Positions 1 through 13,728 of a stretch of DNA of 64,000 nucleotides are shown in pieces. The notes beneath the pieces were generated by a model. The model saw only the letters and a program-made list of their open reading frames with translations, was not told where the DNA came from and made no database searches. The position numbers were made by a program, and so were the translations under genes. This DNA comes from Psilocybe cubensis (Eukaryota): positions 2,356,001 through 2,420,000 of the forward strand of contig CM039007.1 of the NCBI GenBank assembly GCA_017499595.2, written 5' to 3'. How positions within the stretch are numbered: position 1 is the stretch's first letter; each line of letters opens with the position of its first letter.

Positions 1-1774
1 ATAGTGGAAGGCCTTAAATTTGGCTTATTGGCTAGTCTATAAATGTTAACAGTGAGATAAGAAGCTCTTTTAAGAACTCCCAAAAACGAAAGATAAGGGT
101 TATCCAGAAGTCCTGCTACTTCCACGCATAAACCATTAGGTTGCAGGTTGCACGGAGGCATTTAAGCGACCAAGTTTACATGTACAGCATCGTTCTAAAT
201 TTTCTCAACTTCGTGTTACGGTCAACAAAAGATTTCAAAGGCAAGGATTTTGGTTGAATTGCTAAGGCGGTCCGACGCTGAGGTGGAGCGGAGGTTCCTG
301 GAACTCTGTATTAGGCGGAAAGTTCAATAATTTTTGCGATGTATTGAGCGAATAAATACCTTGATATGCCCCAGGGTTGGCGGTTCTTTTCTGGGTTCGA
401 TCAGTGCCTACTGAGAATCTCGCCCACAATAGCATGAACCATAACTTCTTTATAGAATCTCAGAGTCAGAAATTCGAGTATATCATCTCTCTATATGACA
501 CACTCCACAGAGTCGATTCGCTGGCCAGGGGCGCCACACTTGCGCCAGGCTAACCGGTAATAAGTCATCGGAGTTTAGATGAGTTGCCAACGTACAATCT
601 AACCTTCGTATCTGGAACCTCCCAAAACTCCTTGTAGCGCGCTTCGTTGCCCCATGATGATTTGATTTTTGCTCCAATGAAGATTCGAAGCTACATAAAA
701 TCGTTACCCGCGAACACCACGGCCCGAATAGTAGTCACCAGACACGGGCAGGGCTATTATATGAATCTATGCCCTATTAATGATGAGTCTAACCCACGTA
801 GTTCCACGTATAAATGAACAGAGTACATTGAATAATCAATGCTCCAGGAGGTTTTACCGCTATAAGAATCACAGTTGGATTGAGAGTGCCATTTCTTCTC
901 ATCGCCGAATGTCCCAGTGGTGAATAGGGGCTATAAGTCAATACATAGATTCGAGGACGAGAAAGTATGTATACCATGGACTGACCCAATCACTACTGCC
1001 ACGAAGACAATGCCCTAAAATAATACCCTCATTAGTAAGGTGGATCCAATCGTAATCAGGAACATCATGGTCATGAACGCCATGAATACCACGACAATGA
1101 TGTCGTTTCATGGATTCTAAAAAGAAACCGTTCAAATACCATAACACAAAGAGTGAACCATTAGAGTCCAATTAGAAGATTGTTAGCTGAAGGACACATA
1201 GTGACATTAAGTTCCATCGATGATCGAACTGATGATGTGCGCCCTTGGGGATACGAGGTCGTGTGAAGAACGTAAACAAGCGGAAATCAAATACCACTAA
1301 ATCTCCACAGACAGTAATGGAATTTTTAGAATAATTGTGGGCCACCAACCTACGATCTTCAAGCTCTATTAGCCGGAGTAACTGGTGTACTACGAACATG
1401 ACTTCTTGAATTTGAATTTGAGAATTGATCAAACGTCCAGATTACAGGTTAAGCACCGAAAAGTTCTTGACAGCAGACTTGATAACAGCAGTGAAGCATG
1501 TTGCCTCGAGGTATGAAAGCGAGGAAGGCGAACGTCCATAAATATTCGATCCGTGCAACATGGCCAATTGAAACTGCACGTTTCAAGTTGTCTTAGTTCT
1601 GTCGAGCATTGCACAAACATGTTGAAGAGCACGCGATGCCATGCCGCTACACGGAATGCTATAAGGGAGTCATTCATTCATCGTATGTTGATGTAGTCAA
1701 TACAGTGAAATGAAAGAGGTGAAATCAATATTGTTACACGATTGGGGACACTTTAAAGTAAGGTTGTCGCGTTA

Positions 1775-3256
1775 CTATTGGTCCGTTTTCTTGACAAGAA
1801 TGTCGTAATGCCCAGGACTTGTCAGTGTACATCATGGTAAGCAGACGTCTGGTTGCAACTGATTGAACATACCGATACAGCAATACGAGAGGAGGCGCGT
1901 CCTGGCTTGAGTCATAACGAAATTTGATGAAGTCTACCCCGTCCTCCCTGACGCCGTTCAGATATGCAAGGTCTACATTTAGCTGCAAGGCCCTGCATAG
2001 GGCTTGTATCTCCACATTGTCTTAATGGTGTTATAAATTTCTCAGTGATGCAGTACATTGTTGAACAGAGGAATGTACTGTTACCTGCTTCTTTACCCAT
2101 GGCTTGGACGACATTGGCGCAAAAAGAATCCACGTCCATTAAATCCTTGGTATCTGGATGTACTAAAAACCCTTCATAGTCTTCGCGGTTCAGACGAATT
2201 TGGGCAGACTAGGATCATCGTGAACCTCAGCTACCAGAATACTACAAGGGTAATAGGGGCTCACAGTCAAAAATCTTAAGTAAATGACAACAGAGTTTGA
2301 AACTGAAATAGAAGACCATGAGTTGTGAATAGGATTCATGCACAAAGCATACCTTCAGGTGTCTGGAACGACTTCAAGAGGCCATCGCTATCAAGAGTTA
2401 GGCCATCTGAGTTCGGCTTGATGATGCTTTCAATCAATGACGTGAAATCGTCGTAAAAATCTTCATACACGAGCTTCTCAATACCAGCGCTGTCCAGTGT
2501 TTCCCTTGTTCCTGAGAGAATTGAAAGGCTACTAGCAACGGAAAATTCTCGCTCCGAGCTAGTGATAAGGCTTTCTATATAGGCAAAGCCAAGTGCTGCA
2601 AAGCCATTGTGTGAGATCAGAACGAGCGCATAGTACGACTGGAAATGGAGGTATGTACATCTGTAAAAGCAATCACCGTCGCCTGATTCATTATTTCAAA
2701 TCATAGCTCATCAGTGACAGTCAATGAGATAGACATGTGTTCAAAAGCATACCTTTGGTTCTCCGAACACGATCAAAGCCGTGGTCGCTAAGCCAATCAA
2801 TTTGTTTCACGAATGAAAGGGATCCATTTTCATACTCTGACCTCAAGGCAGCCATCGGCGAGATGCTATCAATGAGAGGACGAGTCGGGACACTATCATT
2901 GAGAAGTTGCTACAGGATGTTAGTTTAAATCGATTTAGGACCTCGGCCAGATTAGATGTTACTTGGTTCATTTCATAGAGCTGTGCTGGAGTGAGATCTG
3001 CGAACTCTGCACCATTCTTGTTAGATTTCAATACACGAGAGATTTAACCTACCTACCTTCACTCGGAAAGTCCAATAATCCACCCCTTGCAGACGGCAGC
3101 TCCAATGGCGTTAGTAGTGGATCTTCAACATCACTATCGAGAGGTAACTCTTTTGGTCTTCTGATATTTTCTGAGAAAATCGCTTCAGGATATATGAGGA
3201 TTATGAGCCAAGTATTACTGACGAGGTGTCGACGGAGTGCTGGGAGTATCCGTCAT
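1775..3256 (-). CDS. Otubain-like ubiquitin thioesterase (OTU, peptidase C65), multi-exon
   Basis: Exons encode the catalytic Cys motif (R)GDGDCFY near 2662-2684, 'IQALCRALQLNVDLAYL' and terminal 'LLYR|PGHYDIL..*' (His motif). The start MTDTPSTP at 3256 is inferred. Confidence 0.85.
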
Positions 3257-4808
3257 TACACAGACTGACTTGTGCAAGTTGCTACAACCTAGAGGCTTGA
3301 CAATCGAAACAATCGAAGGATGGATTTGGACATTGATGCACGTGCTTTTGATTGACCACGAGACCAGCCTGACTTCGAGCGCGTCGCGAATGCAATACAC
3401 AGTGGGCTCAAGTCCGGGACTCCAGTGACTCTGGAAACTAATTTTTCTGCAGTTGCTACTACTACTTACCATGAGTAGAAATAATTGTTGATGAATTTTT
3501 CATAGTATTACTGGTATCGCTAAGAAAATAAACTACTAAGGACTACTGTACTGCCTACCAATCCTGCTGATTTGGTATAATTTAACTAAGTCTAAGGGTA
3601 CCACCCTTGCACCGTAGCGCTACGGAAGCTACCGAAAAATCGCAGCCGCTCGGATTCGAACGAGAAGCTTAAAGCGGAAGCAATACGACGGAGATCATAT
3701 GCCCACAATGACAATGATACAACGGTGACGAGCGACCATAACAACACGATCGCGATAGAGGGAGGGGGCGGGTTAGCAGCCTGACGGATGGGTGGAGGTT
3801 GGATGGAGGCGGAGGGCAGCCCCTCTTGCTCATTTCGGGTAGCGTTGAAGCGAATAGCGAAAAGAAAGTTCGTTTTGGTTGGGCGGAAAGGGAGCTCATT
3901 CAGGACAGGGTTGGGAGGGAGGTAGAAAGACAGAAAGGGAGGGCATCGATTGTTGACCTACGGATTCCTGTGACAGTCTTCAGTGACTTCCATATTTGGT
4001 GAAGATGTACATTTTAAGGCGATACTTGTGACATTGTGGTTACGCGTGACTCAATAATTTAAAAAAAAACACGATAAAATCCAATCCAATCCATTTCTAC
4101 TCCATTTTTTGGATATATTCCGTTGTGGGACACCCACAATCAAGATGAACCATTTTTCAACCATGCGTAACACATTTCATACCAAGATTGAAACATGCAC
4201 TGCTAATTCATCGATTCAATCGGACAAGCAAAATTAGTACTAACACTGGAAACAATTTAGATACGTGTTTGATTCTGTAATTATCACTATCGTTTTAAAT
4301 GTACAAAACGTGTATCTAATTCATATTTTATTTTTGGCATATTGCCAGCAGTGCAAGGCATCCCACGAGTACAACGCAAGGCCTGCACGGCTCACATTAC
4401 ACCTGTACTGCAACTCGGTGTCTCTTTTATTGCCAGTTCCCATAGTTGAGGTTCTTACAACTTTGCACCGAATCATCTAGTGCACGAACTTTTCCCCCGA
4501 CTGCCCCGCAAGCAAAGATATCAATGAATTCCACCACCACTTCGAATACAACAAGATTAAATAACTTCATCGAGTAAGGAGACCTAGTACACAACTGTCG
4601 CAATGGTTGGTGAAAATCAAATCGAACTTTCATCATCACAGGAGACTGCAAAAAAGAAGTAGCGTACTACACAGGTAGAAGTTTCTAAGTAATGCCTTTC
4701 ATGCTTAGCGATCGTTCGCTGATCGTCATCCAGCGTACCGAAGCAAATATCGAGGTACATGCAATATTCTCGATTTTGTTGTGCGCACTTTCTCATTGGT
4801 TGATTTAG

Positions 4809-7210
4809 CCCACGTCCACACCTCTTCGCCCTCCTTATCGGTATAAATTTCTACCAAAATGTAAGATCACTTCGCTCTGCAGTAGAGGATGCCCTTTCCT
4901 TCAAAGACACTCTGGAAAATCACTTTGGAGTTCCACCAGATCAAATCCGAACACTTCTTAACAGTTCAGCATCACGTTCAGGTATTCTGAACGCATTTCG
5001 TAGTCTGGCAAGTGACTCTCGGATTCAGAAGGGCGATCCCATTCTTATTTTCTATGCTGGACATGGAAGTGAAATACCCCCAAATACAAAGAACCACAAT
5101 GCAAAAATTCAAGTTCTCGTGCCTCAGGACTATTGTTCTGATGCTGGGAAAGAGGTCCCCGCAATACCTGATAGAACAATTGGCGCATTACTGTCCAATA
5201 TTGCGGATTCAAAGGGAGACAATATCGTCAGTCTCTCCAATAAATCCAAAAAGATCATATACTGATATCATCTCTGCGCTTAGACCGTGGTGTTTGATTG
5301 CTGCCATGCAGCTTCTGGTACCCGAAGCTCGCAGAGTGAAGATCCCCAAGTCCGTTCCGTGATGCTCACTCCCACAACAAAAGACCAATTGGCGGACCAT
5401 GAAATATGGGGTGGACGTAGCATTACAACCCCAAAACAATTTCAACACATGGGATTACGGTCTCATGTTCTGATTGCCGCCTGCGCCTCAACAGAAACAT
5501 GCCGAGAAATTGGCGGTCATGGATTATTCTCAAGTGCATTCTTGAGATTACTGCGAACATGTTCCCCCGACAAGTTGAGGTACTCTGATATTCTTAAACA
5601 CATGGACGTCATTCCGGGGTATATCTCTATTTACTGTTATGTGAAAAAAGTTATGGCTAATCAGAAGAAACAGCCAAAACCCACAATGCGAAGGTGTAAA
5701 CCAGAATAGGACCCTATTCAATTCCATGGTCCTTGCTCCTCAACGACTTTGCTTTGATGTGACAATAGGCGATTCAGGGAAAATAATTTTGGCGGGTGGG
5801 GCAGTCCATGGCATTATGCAGGACGCAGAATTTGCTATCTTCAAAAATGCTGAATCTATCCCCCACACTCCCTTGGGTGTCTGCGAGGTAGATACACTAT
5901 CACCGTTCTCTGCTACATTGAAACCCTCGAGCTTCGATGGTATTTCTTTCGATGGAACTGGATTCGCGCTACAGATCAAAGCAGGAAGCAAGGAGGACAT
6001 GCGTTTATACATTCCTCCAGAAGAAGATATGGCAATTTGTGCCGATGCATGGATTTCGCTTATGCAACGAAGAAGGGATTTCCAAAATATTCTACTGGCT
6101 GATTCTCCCGAAGATGCACATGTCGAATTGCGCCTCGAAAATGGAAAAATCGTTTTCATATACCGCGACCCAAAAATAACCCAGCATGGTCTGGATCGTG
6201 TTCTGTTTGGAGTTGAACCAGAGATACATGACCTATCTCGAGCTCTGGAATCAATGGCACACTTTTTGTGGAAGCTTAATCTGACCAACAACAACCCAGA
6301 GGTTATGTCGAGTATCGATTTCGAGTTTTATAGACTCCATGAGCCCGATTTCGACAATGATGAAAACCAGGAAATGTCACCTATAAGCCCTAATTTGTAT
6401 CAAAATGGGGTTGTTGACTTTGTAGTCGACGACGAGCCATATGGGATCAAATTGGTGAATAACAGCGAATATGATTTCTACCCATATCTATTCTACTTTG
6501 ACAACAGCGACCTTAGCATTGCGCCATATTATGAATCGCCGTCCAGTGGCTTATATTTTCTCGATGTCCCACTAAAAGCCAATGGAGGGTCGCTTACAAT
6601 TGGCTACGGTACCGGCGGAGCAGCTCCGTTTTCGTACTACCTCAGATATCCCCAGAAAATTGATGTCGGATATCTAAAGCTTTTTCTATGTACACAACCT
6701 GTCGATCTTTCCAACATATCGCAGTTTAGTCCATTTGAGAATAGTCGAGGCCCTGTAGACACTTTGAAAACTACCGTCAAGACATGGGGGACAATCCTTG
6801 TTCCAGTCACTCAAAGACGACATCCTCTCCAGCCGGAGACTCACTGCGTGCAGTGCGGGTCCATATCGGCGAAATCTCTGGATTTGAAGCAAACGACGAT
6901 GATTCACAATCTGGAATACAAAGCTGAGATCCTCGCGAAGGAAATCGACATCCTACACAAAAGTGCTGCTGCAGAGAAGGAATTCTATGAAAGGGAACTA
7001 TCAGAGTTGAAGATAAAACTCCAAGGCAGAGTAGAGGGGGAGACAAACCGGCCGGATCCAGGCCCAAAGGAGTCTGGTCACCAACCACAAGAACAGGCAA
7101 GTTTTGTTGCTAAGAATCACCCAATTTCACAGCCGAAGAAAAGGCCATTATCTTCAGAGAAACGACAGCGTTGGTCTTCGTTCGTAAAAAGATTTATTCA
7201 CATACAGTAG
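4809..7210 (+). CDS. Metacaspase-like (peptidase C14) protein with long C-terminal extension, paralog 1; true 5' exon(s) lie upstream and were not resolved
   Basis: LFALLIGINFY..., IFYAGHG (catalytic His), VVFDCCHAASG (catalytic Cys), QNPQCEG. Predicted introns 5227-5283 and 5619-5673. C-terminal CxxC (HCVQC) is followed by a coiled-coil-like segment. Confidence 0.85.
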
Positions 7211-8321
7211 GTGTTATGGCCTTGACATAAATTTGATCATCCGACGATATGGTGTTTTGATTATTTCTCATCCACTCGTATGCTGACTTGTATGACATAA
7301 GAGGCTCGGTAGTTTGAAATCTATGATTTACCCATACATTCGCCATCTATTTACACAGCGGTCGGCGCCTGCAGTAATTTCATTACGGAGTTCTGAGTGT
7401 TCAACCTGTGACAGATCTATTGTCTAATCACAATTTTAGGCTCAAACGTGTCGCCTGACTCAGGATCCATGCCTCAGGCCCCATGTTTTGCCTCAGTTCG
7501 GCTAATCATTCGCAGAGCCTGTTATAAAACCATCTAAGCCTTTGACCCCCGCGCGCTAGACGTCAGAGTCTCGCGGTCATTCATTTAAGCGCCCATAACC
7601 GAACTGTCACCGTCATCCCCAAATGTTCATATTGCCGCCGCTCATTTTCTGATTCAATACGATACCCACTGTTTCTCACAAGCAACCTCTTGATGCCAAC
7701 TGCCCAATCTTAACCTGCCGCCAGTGCGCCGCGACACCATGAGAGTTCAGACTCGACCTCAAGACTAAATTCCGATTCATGCTCCACACACAATCAGGAT
7801 CGGTAAGCAGCTAGGATTTGTAGTCAAAAGGTTGTAAACTGTCAACCAGGCCTCGAGTTTGTCCACCGCTCACTATTACTTATTAGTAGACCTTCGCTGG
7901 TTGACTTGAAGCGCCCACCGTGACCCGGCTATCGCCATGATCTTTCTCGGCGGAGATATTAAACCCGATTTATTCTGCGTGTCTTTTTGACTCGAAAAAT
8001 ATGGCAAGTGTACAGAAGACTATGAACAGAGTATCTCTGACATCTACATATTGAGAGGTATTGCTTTGATACCGTAGGCTGGCTACGGTGTGTAACTACC
8101 CTTCACGCGTCACCTGCCATCAATTCCGACTTGGTTCCGAGATGCAAATCTTTCACAGCACAAGTCCTCCTAGGCCAATGAACTTTGTTTATTTCAGTAG
8201 GTAATCTATCCGCAATTCCAAGATACAAAACTCTCCACTAAATCCTCCAAAGAACGTACAGACAAGCCCGATTACATGCTTTCTACTATGGTGGAAACAT
8301 GAAAAAAGGCATGGTTAAGAC

Positions 8322-9831
8322 CTAAGCAGCCGCGAAGCCAGAAGGCCAATTTCCTTTGAAGATGTACATGTCTTCGGTGGGCGGGACAAGTTTGGCCACG
8401 CGGCCAAGTTGCTCGTCTATGTTTTGCCAATGAGTCTAGGGAAACAAAAATAGCAGGAAAGCATACATATAGGATCGCTATCTTGGTGGTCAAAGTGTCG
8501 AAGCTGCCATGTTGTCCCTTCCGCTGCCTCATCTTTCCGGCGCTGCCTTTGCTCATTCTGAAGAAAACGGTCCGTTGATAGTGACGAGTTTGATACAACA
8601 ATTTACATACCTCGATTCTACTCTTCTCCCGACTCGCAAGTTCAAAGTCGCCCTCGCGAATGCCCTTGGCCACGAGGAACCACAAACGTCTCGTCTCGTA
8701 TTCACCAAGTTCGCTCGTCCATTCAAGTGGCGTCGTTTCCTCTTGTTTCCCACTCGCCTCGTAGAACGTTCCAGCTCCACCTTTTGTAAATTTACTCGTT
8801 TCATGCCACGTGCCCTCGACAACAACTTCTCGGGGGCCAGCACCGCCTTGTCCGGGTATGGGTGTAGTTGTAGACTTGAAAGTGTGGGACTTGCCCGAAA
8901 AATAGCCTTTCCCCTTGTATTCGATTGTTGTGATGTGGCCACCGCCCACAATATATGACGTTTCAGCGAGCTCGATGTAAGGGGAGCCGTACCACAAACC
9001 ATCGATACGAAGACGGGGGAAGGTGATAAGGTAGGACTCGGTTTCGTTTACCGTAAGAACAGCGTGCCCAATTTGCTTGACGATGATTGCGCCGGAGCTA
9101 AACGAAGTCTTCTGCGCGTTATGGCCGACGAGGCGGAGGCCTTTGGATTTGTTCTCGATAACGTACGCGGTGATGGGAGGATGATGGGAGACCTGCTCGA
9201 CGAGTAGCTCAGTCCTTCCGCGACCATTCTTGTCCGGCCAAACTCCGTAAAACACTTCACCGAGGACAGGGTTCAGAGGTCTATCTATATTGTTAGAATA
9301 GGAGATCCGAGGAATGAAGGATTACGCACTTCTTTTCTGATCCCATAGTCTCATTTCGAGTGGTATACTGATCTTTCAGGGTACTCTTTTCATGAATATC
9401 AGAACACGAGCTCCATATCACCGCTGAAAACGCACGATAAACCATCGGAGCACCGCGATCGCCCTGTCTTGTCCTGGCTTTGCATCCGCGATGGCCGCAA
9501 AGTATTCCGGACGTTCGCACCAGTACGCTGCGATCGATAAGTGCGATGAGCATCGTGTTACATAGTGCTCACATACCTGGAAACTCGGTTAAAGATGTTG
9601 GAGAAAGAATAAATGGTGGGGCTGTAAGAGATGAGAGGTCGCCCGAAAAGGAGGCGATGCTGCATTGAGAGTGTTACTCGTCGTCCTTAGCGACGACAAA
9701 AAAACTCACGATTTGAGGAACGACGTCCAGCTCCCTCTTTGCGCTACAGGTACGGCCTTCGAACGAAAAAAATGAGCCCAAATATAAGAAAAAGTATTTC
9801 AGACGCTACTTACTCCAGCTTCCTCAGTCAT
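8322..9831 (-). CDS. Oxysterol-binding protein, Kes1/Osh4-like, multi-exon
   Basis: SWTSFLK|SIASFSGDLSSLTAPPFILSPTSLTEFP, GSEKK|PLNPVLGEVFYG, and the OSBP signature EQVSHHPP. Start MTEEAG at 9831. Confidence 0.92.
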
Positions 9832-10877
9832 GGTCGAGAGTAACCCTCTTCATGACGTAATACGACTAATTCAGATTGGCGGGTACTTCCGGCCGCATTC
9901 AAGTCCGCCCTTCCCGACATGCTACCTTGATGTGTCCCCACCTTCCAAACGGTATATAACGAAACAAAGGTATATTATTATCCAATCTTCCATTGAATAA
10001 AATTAGAAATGACACTGCTTTCATCCCAATTGTATTTGCCTATAGGTTGAACCGGCGAACAAAGGCATTTTCAAGGTAACTTCTGCGTTTCCAAAGTTGT
10101 GTAAGGAATTATTTCTCGCTTTAAAGGGACTAAAGTAGCACATGTTTCCGAAAACACCGAGGGGAGAATGGGGAGAGTTTCAATTGAACAGAACATTCAA
10201 CAGGTACAAAACATACACGTGACTCATGAACCACGTCTCAACCGCGTTTTCTGTCGTTTGATACATACCAAACACATACCACATTCATCGTGCTGATTTT
10301 TAATACCGAAATCAATATTCATTGTATCTTGTCGTCACCCAAATCCTATTATTCACCACGCCCTGTTTGTTCCGATGAAAAATGATAAACGTAGGTATTC
10401 GTGTTTCAAAATTTATTTAGGTTTTACCATGCTTCATTCAACTTTCCAACTCTTAGCGAACACCTAATCGATCTGGTCAGCCACCGATGAAAGTACTCCC
10501 AAAGTAAACTGCATCTAATTGATTAAATGACGGATAAGCATTACCCCGATATGTACGCTGTGAGTAACATGCTTGCCTCGTGCCTCAACGCATCTTAATG
10601 ACGAAACATCGCCCCCTTGCTGCAACAGTTGAAATCAAGTTCAAGAAAAACTAATGAATTGTTGATTGCCACAGCTCCGTCCGCTGGTTATAATCCAGTT
10701 CATTTGACTGTCGTAATTGCATCCCTAAAATATCTCTGTCAACCTGATTTCAAATATCCCCACTCTCACCCGCTTTTCCTCTTTCTTTGAGACGCCTCTA
10801 TAGGTATAAGATATTCTTTGTATGACACGCCATCCTCTGCTATTACCGCATCTCAGTGCTATCCTGATACAGCAAAA

Positions 10878-13221
10878 ATGCCCCAAATGCCTGGACCTAC
10901 AATTTCTGTACCATGGACAAGGCAAGTTATTCACCCTGAATTATTGACTTGTACTGAGAATTAAACTTAGATCCTATCCCAACTTGTTCTCTCTGCTCAT
11001 TGGCATTGATATATATCAAGATCATGGATTCACGCGTCTAAACGGAGCCGTTCGCGACGTTTTTGCATTCAGAAAGTATTTAATAGATTATCTTGGAGTG
11101 CCGGTAACCCAAATACGCATGCTGACCAATGAAGCTGCCACCCGAATCGCTATTATTGATGCCCTCAAGTCTTTAAAAGCAGACAAACGCATTAACCCGG
11201 GGGATCCTATTTTAATTGTTTACGCCGGCCATGGAACTCAAATTGAAGCTCCCTCTGGATGGGAAACAGGTGGCGAACATTTAATCCAGGCACTCGTACC
11301 CTTTGACTGTTGCTCTACTACTGGACTTGAAATCCCGTGTATCCCAGACCGTACTATAGGAGCTCTGCTGGAGAGTATCGCTGAGACAAAGGGGAATAAT
11401 ATTGTGAGTGTGATATTGCGAATTCTTACGTCTTTTTATTCAATTGTTGCAGACTGTCGTTCTCGACTGCTGTCATGCGGCTTCTGGTACTAGGGCAGGA
11501 ACTGGTGGTCTCCGTATTCGTTCAGTCGCTCTCAAACCGAGTCCTATCCATACCCAGGACCTTGACTTGAATATCTGGGACGCAGGGTTCACAAATCAAC
11601 ATCCTGTCCCCCATTTCCGGTATAGAGGTCTTCGTTCACACATCTTGCTTGCCGCGTGTCGCTCCTTCGAACGCGCCACAGAGACCAAAGGACACGGTAA
11701 ATTCTCTCGAGCCTTACTCAAACTGCTCAGAGCTACTCCTCCCGATGAGCTGCGCTACTCTCAAATCTTATTTAAATTAGACGTCATTACCGAGTAAGTC
11801 TTTATCTCAATTAGTTGGTCAATTTTCCATCTCACATATATTTGCCATAGTCAAAACCCGCAACTAGAAGGGGTCGAGCAGGAAAGATTTCTCTTCGGTG
11901 CTCCTATTCAAGCCCCTACACCCTCCATCTACCCCATCTTCTACGATGAACAATCCTGCCTGCACTTTACCCCTGTCGGAACTGCCCAAGGAGTCACTCA
12001 GGGTTCGACGTTCGATTTGATACCGGAAACAAATGTACGGGACCTTGAGGCTGTGACAAATGGTTCATTTATTGTCCTGCGGGCTATGTCTTTCATCAGC
12101 ACGTTGACGCCACAGAGTAATTCCCAAACCATTACTGGTCCCCTCACCATTCGCCGCAGCACCGAAGGCCAGAAATATCCCATTCGCCTCTTCATCTCTC
12201 AAGACAGGTATCCAGCCACTCGCAGTTATTTGGATGGATTACTCCGAGATCAAACTCACGGATTACGCGACTGTATCATTGTGGATGATCCGTCTGAGGC
12301 CCACTTTCAAATTTCAATCAACCGTGGCAAGGCTATCTTTAATCTTCTTGACGAAGCCGCTAGAAAGTATGGTTTTCGTTACCGATACCCCCGCATTGAC
12401 GCCCACCACGATAACGTGTCTTCTTTCCTCAAAGCAGCCCAGAAATACTACACAGAGCTATATCAGACTAGTGATGATGGTAGTAGCTTTGAACTGATCG
12501 ATGACCTTGAAGTATCCTGCTTCCAACTGCACGAAAAAGCCTCCACGCTCGACGATGTCTCCCAACTGGACATGGTGACGATTGGCCAGGACCTTTGTGA
12601 GTATGAAAAGATAGACCTGGTTGTGAAAGCGGACTCGTATTATGGCTTCAAGATCGTTAATCATGGCAATCGTGATCTGTATCCTACATTGTCATATTTC
12701 GATTTTAGGGACTTGGGCACGATCAGTAAGTTTGAAAAATTTCTGTCTATATCAACTGTGTATTAATGACTTTCACAGCGAGTTGGTACAAGGCACCATC
12801 GAGCGGTCCTTACCAACTTGAAGCTCCATTAAAGAAGTATGGAGGATCTTTGACCATTGGTTATGGAAATGGTGGGGCACTCCCTGTCATGTTTAGCCTT
12901 CAGGAGGATCAAGAAATAGCGGTCGGATTTCTCAAAATTTCTGTTTCAACACAACCCGTTCACATGTTCGACCCACTATACCACCTCAGTAATTACCAGC
13001 AAAACTTGCAGTCCTTCTTATCGGAAAACATACGACATACATGGGGGAGTAAATTGATACCAATCATTCAACGACGGCGCCCAAAAGAGACACCTACTGA
13101 CGGGTTTCATTTCAGCTATTGGCCGCATACCGACCCAGTTACTCACGTTATTGGTGCACACGCGATGTCTCGTAGGACCACCAGCATGCCAATTCGCTTT
13201 GTCGGCGCTGGAAGGGCGTAA
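10878..13221 (+). CDS. Metacaspase-like (peptidase C14) protein, paralog 2 (~711 aa spliced)
   Basis: LFSLLIGIDIY, IVYAGHG (His), VVLDCCHAASG (Cys). Predicted exons 10878-10921, 10971-11403, 11453-11793, 11851-12725 and 12779-13221 join in frame. Two intron positions are shared with paralog 1. Confidence 0.85.
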
Positions 13222-13728
13222 CATTCCATTAAGGGGTGTTGGGTGGTAATTTGATGTGTTCTTGTGATACTCTATGATAATGTAACTAACTGACAACTGT
13301 AATAAAGTAACGTATTTTTGTGTAGATATTGATAATATAAGCTATCAAGCTTTGGATTGCCCGAGCTGTATCCGTGATGTGCTTTGGCTGCAGAACTTGA
13401 AATACTATATGAAACTCCGACGGTTTCTTAAAATATCAAACACTAGTTGCACTACTCCGTTGTGCTACATCCAACATCCTGAAATGAGCCATCAGTGAGT
13501 CGCCTAACGTTCACGTTAAGTAAATAAAATAGTGAGTTGGTGCTGATGTTTTGGCCGGTTATTTGTACCAACGAAAGTGATATAACTATTGGTTAAGCAG
13601 AAAAAATCTAATTTTCATGATACAAGTTTGAAATCAAGTGAAGCGCACAATGATGGGTAGCTACTAGAGAAGTTAAAATTGATAAAATACATGGTAGAAT
13701 GTTGACCATGTGTTGAGATAGCGGTATA

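Noticed and set aside
368-410. GGTTCGA T-loop-like motif suggesting a tRNA
   Set aside because: No T-stem, acceptor stem or D-arm pairing could be formed.
780-1680. Possible minus-strand multi-exon membrane-protein gene (hydrophobic fragments such as IIVVVFMAFMTMMFLITIG)
   Set aside because: I could not build a stop-free exon chain or recognise a family, so it is left unannotated.
3612-3625. Perfect 14-bp palindrome CCGTAGCGCTACGG in the otubain/metacaspase divergent intergenic region
   Set aside because: A few palindromes of this length are expected by chance in 64 kb, and there is no other support.
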